A DNA stretch of 34,230 bases, taken from positions 1-34,230 of the IMG/VR virus record IMGVR_UViG_3300033067_000719; one strand, written 5' to 3'. The position numbers and the translations under genes are program-made. Below are positions 15,767 to 23,307 of the stretch, in pieces. Under the pieces are notes generated by a model that saw only the letters and a program-made list of their open reading frames with translations, made no database searches and was not told the DNA's origin. Positions within the stretch are counted from its first letter, which is position 1. Each line of letters starts with the position of its first letter. Source of the DNA: a virus (lineage: Duplodnaviria > Caudoviricetes).

Positions 15767-17325
15767 GTAATATTACCTACATACGCCCACAGGAGGGATA
15801 TCAACAACAATTCCTCTCATCTCCAGCCGATATAGTAATTGGCGGGGGTGCTGCGGGTGCAGGTAAAACATATTCACTCTTATTAGAGCCACTACACTAC
15901 ATAACCCGCGTGGATGGGTTTGGTATGGTTATCTTTCGACGTACTACACCGCAAATAAAAGGCGAAGGAGGGCTTTGGGATGCGTCGGTATCTATTTACT
16001 CGTTACTATCAAATGCAGCGCAAAGAGAGTCATCTTTAGAATGGGTATTTACAACTCCTACAGGTGGAAAAAATCGTATTAAGTTTAGCCATTTAGAATA
16101 CGAAAAAAATAAGCTAGATTGGCAAGGTACCGAAATCCCTTTGATTGCGTTTGATGAATTAACCCACTTCACCGAGTCGATGTTCTTTTACCTACTTTCT
16201 CGCAGTAGGTCAACTTGTGGAATAAACCCTTATGTTCGTGCTACGTGCAATCCTGACCCAGATAGCTGGGTGGCCAGACTTATAGAGTGGTGGATTGATC
16301 AAGAAGAGAAATTACCAAACGGCAATCCAAACCCAAACTTTGGCTATCCGATTCAAGAGCGTTCTGGAGTGATACGCTACTTTTACAGGAATGGAGAGGA
16401 TTATTATTGGGGTGATACAAAAGAGGATTGCTATCAAGCAGCTAAACACCTAATAGACGTACAAGTAGAAAGAGCAGGCGTGGACTTCATAAGTAAGGAC
16501 AACTTCATTAAGTCGATTACATTCATCTCAGGTTCTATCTATCAAAATAAAAAACTCCTCGAAGTAAACCCCGCGTACCTTGCCAACCTTGCATCACAAG
16601 ACGAACAAACTAGGGCCCAACTCTTAGAAGGGAACTGGAAGGTAGTAATATCAGAAAACGATATATACAGCTATTCCGATTTAGTAGGAGCGTTTGAGAA
16701 CAAATACACGAACGACTCAGGCGAAACCTACATAACAGCCGATATTGCCCTTCAAGGTTCAAACAAATTCGTGGTAGGCGTTTGGAAAGGGCAAACCTTA
16801 GTTGATATACATATCATGCTAAAATCGAACGGCAAGGAAGTATTAGAAGCTATTACAGACCTTGCGAAGAAGTACCGCGTACCTAATCGGAATATTGCGT
16901 TTGATGCCGATGGCGTTGGAGGGTACTTAGATGGCTTCCTACAAGGGGCGCAATCCTTCAACGGCGGGGCAAAGGTTATCGAGGTGAAAGATGAAACGAC
17001 AGGAAGGGTGATAAAGGAAAATTACTTTAATCTAAAAGCACAAGTTTTCTACCGTTCTGGTGCAGCTGTTTCGCGCGGGGAGTACTCGATTTCACACGAG
17101 GTGGCTGCAAAAATGTTTGATGAAAAGATGACTGTTCGGCAGCGGTTTATGTTCGAACGGAGTGCGATAAAACGCGACAAAGTTGACCAAGACGGGAAAC
17201 TAAAGCTAATACCTAAAGAAGAAATGAAAGTCAAGTTGAACGGTGAGTCACCCGATTTATTCGATATGTTTGCAATGAGAGAATTTTTTAATTTAAAAGT
17301 AAAGAGAAAATGGCTAGTTGGTTGA
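15763..17325 (+). CDS. terL: Terminase large subunit
   Basis: PQ..YQ, Walker A GGAAGAGKT, Walker B IAFDELT, ATCNP, nuclease ADIA..SPDLFD. Confidence 0.95.
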   Translation: MSNITYIRPQEGYQQQFLSSPADIVIGGGAAGAGKTYSLLLEPLHYITRVDGFGMVIFRRTTPQIKGEGGLWDASVSIYSLLSNAAQRESSLEWVFTTPTGGKNRIKFSHLEYEKNKLDWQGTEIPLIAFDELTHFTESMFFYLLSRSRSTCGINPYVRATCNPDPDSWVARLIEWWIDQEEKLPNGNPNPNFGYPIQERSGVIRYFYRNGEDYYWGDTKEDCYQAAKHLIDVQVERAGVDFISKDNFIKSITFISGSIYQNKKLLEVNPAYLANLASQDEQTRAQLLEGNWKVVISENDIYSYSDLVGAFENKYTNDSGETYITADIALQGSNKFVVGVWKGQTLVDIHIMLKSNGKEVLEAITDLAKKYRVPNRNIAFDADGVGGYLDGFLQGAQSFNGGAKVIEVKDETTGRVIKENYFNLKAQVFYRSGAAVSRGEYSISHEVAAKMFDEKMTVRQRFMFERSAIKRDKVDQDGKLKLIPKEEMKVKLNGESPDLFDMFAMREFFNLKVKRKWLVG

Positions 17326-18680
17326 AATGGTTGGGTTTTGCAAAAGACGATAAACCCGCAATGCAGAAGAAAGAAAATATCATGCAGCTTGCATATAGTT
17401 TTGTCGGTGGACAAACCGTGGTTTGGCTGAACACGCAGCGCGATGTTTACATAAGTGACGGATACATGGCAGACAACATCGTGTTTGCCTTATCGAAATG
17501 GAAAGCGAATAAAATTAAAAATTGTCCGTTCGTGCTGTATCGCGTAAAATCCAAGCGTAAATACGCAAAGTACAAGGCGCTCATGACTAATCCGACAAAC
17601 GAGAGTTTTCAAAAAGCAATGCAGCTAAAATCGCAGGCAATGGATATTGTGGAAGATCACGCGTTACTCACCCTCCTCGACCAGCCCAACCCAGGTATGA
17701 CTGGTGCTGAATTTAAAGAAGCAGAAATTACCTACCGCGATATGGTGGGTTCTTCCTACATTCGCATTCATAAGGGGCTTGGCTCAGGCAAAGTAACCGA
17801 ACTAGAACTTATACCATCTCAAGAAGTTATGATTCGCGTGGGTGCAGACGGTTATCCGGCTTATCTATCGCTCACTCGTAATCCCGACATTAATATACCG
17901 TACGACGAAATCATACAGACGCGCCACTTTAACCCGAAATTTTCATGGCAGGGGGAACACTTGTACGGGATGAGCATACTAGAGTCTGCAAGCAAGCTAC
18001 TTGTAAAACATCGCGAATCCATCGACGCAGAAGCAGAAGCGTTCAAAAACAGGGGTGCAAGGGAATTGATTTTTCCTCAAGACGGGAATTTTGCAGATTA
18101 CGACGTTGAAACAATTAAAACTGTCAACCAACAACTTAACGACAAACTAACAGAAGGTGGGAACGCGCGGGTTGTGGCTAATGCCATACCGCTCGGTTCG
18201 ATTAAGATAGGTATGTCACCCGTCGATTTGAACATACTTGAGTCTAACATTGAACTCAAAAAGGACTTCTGCGCGATGTACGGAATTTCGCCGTTGATAT
18301 TCGATTGGTCTAACAATAGTACGTACAACAACCTTTTAGAAGCGCGTAAAATGTCGCTAATCGACGGCGTTATACCGTACCAAGAGGACTTAAAGGATAG
18401 TTTAAATAAAAAGTTAGTTCCGCTGTTTGGCTCGGATTTAGTATTGGATTGGGACTACCAAGCATATCCAGAGATGCAGTCGGATTTGAAAGAACAAACC
18501 GACCGTTTAAGTAAGTCGTTTTGGCTTACCGTGGATGAAAAACGCATGGAACAAGATTATCCTGCACTCAACACGCCTAATTCACAGATGCCGTTAGTAC
18601 CGTCCAACCTAACAAATCTCGACGACTTAGGGATGGATTCTCCTACATTAAATTTGCCAAACACGAATGCAGGATTATAA
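17310..18680 (+). CDS. Portal protein (HK97 type)
   Basis: LLDQPNPGMTGAEF, LYGMSIL, FKNRG, STYNN..EARK, WLTVDEKR. Confidence 0.92.
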   Translation: MASWLKWLGFAKDDKPAMQKKENIMQLAYSFVGGQTVVWLNTQRDVYISDGYMADNIVFALSKWKANKIKNCPFVLYRVKSKRKYAKYKALMTNPTNESFQKAMQLKSQAMDIVEDHALLTLLDQPNPGMTGAEFKEAEITYRDMVGSSYIRIHKGLGSGKVTELELIPSQEVMIRVGADGYPAYLSLTRNPDINIPYDEIIQTRHFNPKFSWQGEHLYGMSILESASKLLVKHRESIDAEAEAFKNRGARELIFPQDGNFADYDVETIKTVNQQLNDKLTEGGNARVVANAIPLGSIKIGMSPVDLNILESNIELKKDFCAMYGISPLIFDWSNNSTYNNLLEARKMSLIDGVIPYQEDLKDSLNKKLVPLFGSDLVLDWDYQAYPEMQSDLKEQTDRLSKSFWLTVDEKRMEQDYPALNTPNSQMPLVPSNLTNLDDLGMDSPTLNLPNTNAGL

Positions 18681-19419
18681 GCAAATAGAACGCATACGGC
18701 GGCGGCATGAGTTGCTATTCTATAGGGAGTTGTCAAAAATGTTTTTAGATGATATACGTAAACTCAAAGCCGCAATACGTCAAAACCCTGCCGAAGCGGT
18801 GGGGCTAATTGATACGCTGTTTAACGAATACCGCATATTAGAGATCGTGAGAATGAATTACGAACGGATTGGTTCAGTTGAAGCGGTTCGGGTGTATGAG
18901 ATGATACTTGACAAGTATGAGCAGAAAGCCGCGTTCCCGTCCGTCGGGTTCGCATCGGAAATAATTATGGCTATTATTCGCCGTATCGCAAGTAGACCCG
19001 AGATAGCAAGTAGGATAAAAAATGTGAGCGACAATTTGAAAACATCGGTACGTACTAAACTCCAGGAAGCGATGAAAACAACACTTTCCGCGCGTAGCAT
19101 CGCAGCACTGTTTACAGCGGACTTTGGACGTGAACGAGCATTACGAATAGTACGAACCGAAACTACAATCATTTTTAACGAAGCGAGCATAACGGGTGCG
19201 AAGTCCACGGGCGTACCACTAAAAAAACGGTGGTTAGCTGGTTCAGATGCGCGGACAAGGGATTCTCATCTCGAGATGAACAATAAACCTGCCATTCCCT
19301 TAGATAGTCGGTTTCAAGTAGGACAAAGCGAAATGATGCAACCTGGTGACGCGGCGGGGGGTGCAAAAGAGGTAGTAAATTGCAGATGTACGATGACTTA
19401 CGAGTTAGATAGAGTTTAA
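18667..19419 (+). CDS. MuF/SPP1 gp7-like minor head protein
   Basis: RALRIVRTET, KKRWL..DARTRDSH, PGD..EVVNCRCT. Confidence 0.9.
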   Translation: MQDYKQIERIRRRHELLFYRELSKMFLDDIRKLKAAIRQNPAEAVGLIDTLFNEYRILEIVRMNYERIGSVEAVRVYEMILDKYEQKAAFPSVGFASEIIMAIIRRIASRPEIASRIKNVSDNLKTSVRTKLQEAMKTTLSARSIAALFTADFGRERALRIVRTETTIIFNEASITGAKSTGVPLKKRWLAGSDARTRDSHLEMNNKPAIPLDSRFQVGQSEMMQPGDAAGGAKEVVNCRCTMTYELDRV

Positions 19420-19441
19420 AGGTTTCGAATTCGAGAGGTTT

Positions 19442-19474
19442 AAAAAGAAAGAACCCGACAAAATCGGGTTCTTT
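19442..19474 (-). terminator. Intrinsic (probably bidirectional) terminator closing the antisense RNA cassette
   Basis: 11-bp perfect stem aaagaacccga/tcgggttcttt; the minus strand continues into CTTTTT. Confidence 0.8.
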
Positions 19475-19549
19475 GCATAAAACAATCTAACTCTATTCAC
19501 AAAAAACAAATCGGTAGGACTTACATGTACGAAGTACAATGCCTTTCTG

Positions 19550-19650
19550 TAGTCGGGACAGGAATCGAACCTGTAAGTTTTTCATTCTGAATACCGCGAC
19601 GATACGCTGAAAAACCTCGGATAGTGCGTCTACCATTCCGCCACCCGACT
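19550..19650 (-). ncRNA. tRNA-like RNA D (51-nt core, no anticodon arm)
   Basis: AGTCGGG/CCCGACT acceptor + A73, D arm GCG-GAATGGTAGA-CGC, T arm ACAGG-TTCGATT-CCTGT; core closed by AGGTTTTTCA/TGAAAAACTT. Confidence 0.8.
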
Positions 19651-19768
19651 ATGTACGGGTCTCTCCCCGTTTGTCACCTTTCGCTATTTTGCGCATCAAT
19701 TTGAGTTTACTTCCTAAAAGCTATCTCTCTTATCTATTACAGCTGCGTATACGGTTCTCACTGTCTCG

Positions 19769-19907
19769 TAATCGGGGCAGGACTTGAACCTGCATAAGAG
19801 TTGAGTCCAAATGGAATAACGCTACTTTCGTAACCTCTTGCATAGTCCATTTTGCAACATCCCTCTCACCTTTAGTTTAGTTGCGTCTACCATTCCGCCA
19901 CCCGACT
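19769..19907 (-). ncRNA. tRNA-like RNA C (89-nt core, no anticodon arm)
   Basis: AGTCGGG/CCCGATT acceptor + A73, identical D arm, T arm GCAGG-TTCAAGT-CCTGC. Confidence 0.8.
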
Positions 19908-19991
19908 ATATGTCCCCGTCTTTCCGGGGTGTCAACCACTTGCGAAGTCGTTCGTATACAACTATTCGCCAATCCTCTTATGGTCGATTTT

Positions 19992-20065
19992 GCGAGCGGC
20001 CTGGAATCGAACCAAGGGTTTACTGCCGTTTTCCGGCAATTGTTCTACCACTAAACTACCACTCG
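19992..20065 (-). ncRNA. tRNA-like RNA B (near-canonical size, aberrant anticodon arm)
   Basis: CGAGTGG/CCGCTCG acceptor, GTTT-AGTGGTA-GAAC D arm, CTTGG-TTCGATT-CCAGG T arm; central hairpin ATTGCCG-GAAAA-CGGCAGT lacks U33. Confidence 0.75.
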
Positions 20066-20157
20066 GGGCTTCATTTGATTTGCCCGGTCTCGCATCATTG
20101 CGAGGCGCTTCCCCGCCAGTCGGACACTGGGTTCCGAAGGCTCTATTATAAAAATTG

Positions 20158-20226
20158 TAGTCGGGACAGGGATCGAACCTGTGTAATGTGGCGCGCTGCA
20201 CTGCATAACCATTCCGCCACCCGACT
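20158..20226 (-). ncRNA. tRNA-like RNA A (20-nt core)
   Basis: AGTCGGG/CCCGACT acceptor + A73, GCG-GAATGGTTA-TGC D arm, ACAGG-TTCGATC-CCTGT T arm. Confidence 0.78.
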
Positions 20227-20234
20227 AATTTTTC

Positions 20235-20264
20235 AAAACAACTCCTCCCGAAACCGAGAGGAGT
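20235..20264 (-). terminator. Terminator/attenuator-like hairpin between the HTH-like gene and the RNA array
   Basis: ACTCCTCTCG-GTTT-CGGGAGGAGT (10 bp, G-U pair valid on the minus strand only) followed by TGTTTT. Confidence 0.6.
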
Positions 20265-20290
20265 GTAACCCAAATTTAACCTCTAAACAT

Positions 20291-20455
20291 TTACCTGCTA
20301 CGAAAAAAAACTACTTTCAAAAATTCATCCCGTGTAACGGGTGCATAAGCGGGGCGGCCTAACTTTTTTCTCACTTGATTCAACTTTCTCCAGCCACTTC
20401 GAACATCTGAATAATTCATTATCTCTGCAACCTCTTTCCCGCTTATTCTCTTCAT
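20291..20455 (-). CDS. Small basic HTH/excisionase-like protein (54 aa)
   Basis: MKRISGKEVAEIMNYSDVRSGWRKLNQVRKKLG..PVTRDEF; ATG 17 nt downstream of a TACCTTTG motif. Confidence 0.7.
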   Translation of the reverse strand: MKRISGKEVAEIMNYSDVRSGWRKLNQVRKKLGRPAYAPVTRDEFLKVVFFRSR

Positions 20456-20472
20456 ATCTCTACAATTCTCTA

Positions 20473-20480
20473 CAAAGGTA
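20473..20480 (-). promoter_or_regulatory. Bacteroidota -7 promoter element driving the antisense cassette
   Basis: TACCTTTG in AT-rich context; no clear -33 TTTG. Confidence 0.6.
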
Positions 20481-20522
20481 AAAAATAGTTTTGAATTATA
20501 AGTAATTTTAATAAAAAAAAAT

Positions 20523-21149
20523 ATGTACAAAGCAGGCACATTCGCATTTAAGGACTACGATTCGCAAAAACGAGTTGTTACCGGTATGTTGTCGGCGTTT
20601 GACAATATCGACTCCGATAACGATATAATCCGCAAAGGCAGCTATGAAAGTACTATTAGACAACGAGGGCCAGAAGGAACAAAGCAAATTAAATACCTAC
20701 TCGACCATGACACCAAAAAAGCCGTCGGTGTGTTTAACGTGCTTAAAGAAACAGACGAAGGGCTTTATTACGAAGCAACAATCGGAACCCATAGCTTAGG
20801 CAAGGATTATGCCGAAATGGTAGAGTCGGGAATCATCACAGAACATAGTGTTGCTATTAACGTCACCAAATCCACGATGCTACCGGGGAACATTCGCGAA
20901 ATTAAAGAGGTGACTCTTTTCGAAGGTTCGGGCTTACAATTCTTAGGAGCCAATTCAAATACGCCAATTTTGGGGCTTAAATCTGAAACGGACGTATTAA
21001 AGGAAATCGCAAAGTTAGAGCAGGCTTTAAAGTCAGGCAATTTCACAGACGAAACATTTGTAAATGTAATCATACCGCGCTTAGACGCGCTTAAAAATAG
21101 TATTACACCAGAAGCAGTACATTTTAAAAACTTTTTAAATACTTTATAA
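20523..21149 (+). CDS. HK97-type prohead protease
   Basis: GMLSAFDNIDSDNDIIRKGSY, LLDHD, ETDEGLY, LFEGS..GAN..T. Confidence 0.92.
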   Translation: MYKAGTFAFKDYDSQKRVVTGMLSAFDNIDSDNDIIRKGSYESTIRQRGPEGTKQIKYLLDHDTKKAVGVFNVLKETDEGLYYEATIGTHSLGKDYAEMVESGIITEHSVAINVTKSTMLPGNIREIKEVTLFEGSGLQFLGANSNTPILGLKSETDVLKEIAKLEQALKSGNFTDETFVNVIIPRLDALKNSITPEAVHFKNFLNTL

Positions 21150-21151
21150 AA

Positions 21152-22378
21152 ATGACAGAAGAATTAAAACCCTTGATTGAATCTAAATTCAACGAATTAA
21201 AAGCAGAAATTGCAAAAGCTGAAGCAAAAGGTATTTCGGCTGAGGAACTAGCAAAAAGCGAACTTGGTAACTTAGCGACACAATTTGCTGAGTTAAAAAG
21301 TCGTGTAGATGGTCACGCAGGCAGTTTGGACAAAGTAGGCGAAGCACTTAAAAACGGTCTTCGTATCGAGGAGAAGCAAAAAACGTTTAGACAAATCCTT
21401 ACTAAGTCTTTGAATGAGCAAAAGAACAATTTGGATTCTTTTTTAGCTGGGAATCAAAAAGCTACGACCAGTATCAATATCGACTTGAAAGCAGTTGCTG
21501 ACATGTCACAAGCAAACATGGCAGGGGGGATTGGTTCATTTGATAGAACGTATCAAAACGAAATTATCTTCAATCCGTTCCAACGCCTTCACATCCGTCA
21601 GTTGATTCCTGGTACGGCGTTAACTACTGAGTCGCTTGTTTACCCTAAATTAACGACAAAAGAAGGAACACCTGCAATTCAAACAGAGGGTGCGCGTAAA
21701 GCACAAGTTGATTATGACTTCGCAGTAGTTACAGAATCACCTGTAACAATCGCTTCATTTGCACGTGTGACAAAACAAATGCTTCGCGCAATGCCACAGC
21801 TTTCGGCGTTCATACAAACGCAAATGATCGAGGACTTGTTGATTATCGAGGATGCCGAATTGCTTAACGGCCCGGGCGGTTCAAACCGTTTGAATGGTAT
21901 CCGTACACAAGCGTCTGCGTACACTCCTACTGTCGGAACAATCGCAGCGAGCGCAGGAGCAGATGTGTACAATCGCTTAATTAACGCAATTGCGCAATTA
22001 AAGCAATTAAATTACCAACCAAACGGTATCTTGTTAAATACGCTTGATTTCTCGGAGTTGCTACAAACAAAAACAAGTGCGGGTGAATACACTTATCCAT
22101 TCTTGACTGTTAACGCAGCAACAAACAGCATTAACATTTACGGCGTTCCGGTTATTGAGTCAACTTCAGCATCTTTACCAGTTGGTAACTTTGTTGTAGG
22201 GGATTGGAACCGCGCGAACTTCCTAACAAGAGAATCGTTAACAGTAGATATTAGCTACGACGATGCAACTAACTTCACAGACAATAAGGTTACTTTGCGT
22301 GTTGAGGAGTCTGTAGGCTTAGCGGTGTATCACCCTCAGGCATTCTTGAAAGGTACAACTGTAGCACCTGCACCATGA
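21152..22378 (+). CDS. Major capsid protein (HK97 fold, delta domain)
   Basis: Coiled-coil N-terminus, EGARKAQ, LLNGPG, IYGVPVIES, VVGDW, NFTDNKVTLRVEE. Confidence 0.95.
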   Translation: MTEELKPLIESKFNELKAEIAKAEAKGISAEELAKSELGNLATQFAELKSRVDGHAGSLDKVGEALKNGLRIEEKQKTFRQILTKSLNEQKNNLDSFLAGNQKATTSINIDLKAVADMSQANMAGGIGSFDRTYQNEIIFNPFQRLHIRQLIPGTALTTESLVYPKLTTKEGTPAIQTEGARKAQVDYDFAVVTESPVTIASFARVTKQMLRAMPQLSAFIQTQMIEDLLIIEDAELLNGPGGSNRLNGIRTQASAYTPTVGTIAASAGADVYNRLINAIAQLKQLNYQPNGILLNTLDFSELLQTKTSAGEYTYPFLTVNAATNSINIYGVPVIESTSASLPVGNFVVGDWNRANFLTRESLTVDISYDDATNFTDNKVTLRVEESVGLAVYHPQAFLKGTTVAPAP

Positions 22379-22602
22379 CAAAAATTGAAATCCTTGTGAC
22401 CGGACAATCTCGGTCACAGGGGCTTCTTTTAGTCGGTGAGGTAAAAGAAGTACCTATGGAAGTAGCAGAATACCTAATAACTCACAATTACGCGAAAAAA
22501 GTAGATGAAAGTAGTACGAACGATAACGGGGACGGAGCCAGTGACGCTAGAACAACTCAAGCGACATCTAGGGTTTCCTCAAGCCGCAACCGAAAGAGAT
22601 AG
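22375..22602 (+). CDS. Small post-capsid protein
   Basis: GEVKEV..EVAEYLI...YAKKV pattern; ATGA overlap with the capsid gene; tail overlaps the next gene by 98 nt. Confidence 0.6.
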   Translation: MTKIEILVTGQSRSQGLLLVGEVKEVPMEVAEYLITHNYAKKVDESSTNDNGDGASDARTTQATSRVSSSRNRKR

Positions 22603-22987
22603 CGACCTTCAGGGCTGCTTAACAGCGGCGCGTGAAATGGTTGAATCTTATTGCGGACGGTATTTCGTAAAGTCTACTGTTTCCGTCACGTACGGGGCAA
22701 TCGCTAAAGTTGCTTACCTTCCTTACTATCCTATTATATCTATTACGACCGTGCCAGAAGGCATGGTTTTGGACGTTGTAACGGGGCGTATCGAAGGAGA
22801 ATACGAGTCTGGGCAAACGGTTGTCTATGTAGCGGGTTATGAGAATGGTGTGCAGCCTTACGCGGCAAAACAAGCTATCTTGCAATGTGCTGCTGAACTA
22901 TACGAGAATCCATCTGGACTAGCGGTCGGTACACCGATTTGGAAGCATACAGCGAAATCAGTACGTTCAATATCTTTTATACAGTAA
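22505..22987 (+). CDS. Head-tail connector (gp6-like)
   Basis: EPVTLEQLKRHL..D..L..AAREMVESYCGR..YVAGY..KQAIL...AELYEN. Confidence 0.88.
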   Translation: MKVVRTITGTEPVTLEQLKRHLGFPQAATERDSDLQGCLTAAREMVESYCGRYFVKSTVSVTYGAIAKVAYLPYYPIISITTVPEGMVLDVVTGRIEGEYESGQTVVYVAGYENGVQPYAAKQAILQCAAELYENPSGLAVGTPIWKHTAKSVRSISFIQ

Positions 22988-23307
22988 TGCAAAAACTTAG
23001 AGAATTAATACGTGTAATCACTCAAACACCGACTAAAACAGCATCGGGCGGGTTTACTACGATTAATTCTACAAAGTTCGACACTTTCGCAGCGGTAAAA
23101 CCTAAATCCTCAAGACGTGTTCTCGAGAGTGGGGCGGTTGCGTTTGTGGATTACTTTGAATGCATTATCCGTTACATGGATGAATACCAAATCATACTTG
23201 GCGACCTTATCGAGTATAAAGGATTGTTGTACGACGTAACGGCGGTAATTAATAAGGATGAGCGAAACCGACTTGTCACATTTACAATGGTAAGACATGG
23301 CATCTAA
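22987..23307 (+). CDS. Head closure protein (SPP1 gp16-like)
   Basis: TAATG start at 22987; KLRELI..SGG..FAAVKP..IIRY..IEYKG..YDVTAV. Confidence 0.82.
   Translation: MQKLRELIRVITQTPTKTASGGFTTINSTKFDTFAAVKPKSSRRVLESGAVAFVDYFECIIRYMDEYQIILGDLIEYKGLLYDVTAVINKDERNRLVTFTMVRHGI

Noticed and set aside
19475-19547. HDV-like theta ribozyme at a tRNA 3' end
   Set aside because: Only a small TGTAC/GTACA hairpin; I could not build the nested double pseudoknot by eye.
19769-19907. tmRNA
   Set aside because: Has a paired D stem, lacks the G3-U70 alanine pair, and shows no evident tag reading frame.
19548-20226. Ordinary phage tRNA genes (Leu/Phe), with or without introns
   Set aside because: No canonical anticodon stem-loop in any copy; the cores are far too short for group I introns, and I found no excision that restores a normal arm.
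19548-20226. CRISPR array
   Set aside because: The repeats are split tRNA halves with irregular spacing; no cas genes or constant repeat-spacer period.
19548-20226. attP/attL/attR remnants of tRNA integration
   Set aside because: Both 5' and 3' halves are present and pair with compensatory changes; no integrase in the window.
19838-20362. ORFs 19838..20362 (+) and 19962..20273 (-)
   Set aside because: They overlap the structured RNAs, have non-ATG starts and atypical composition; treated as shadow ORFs.
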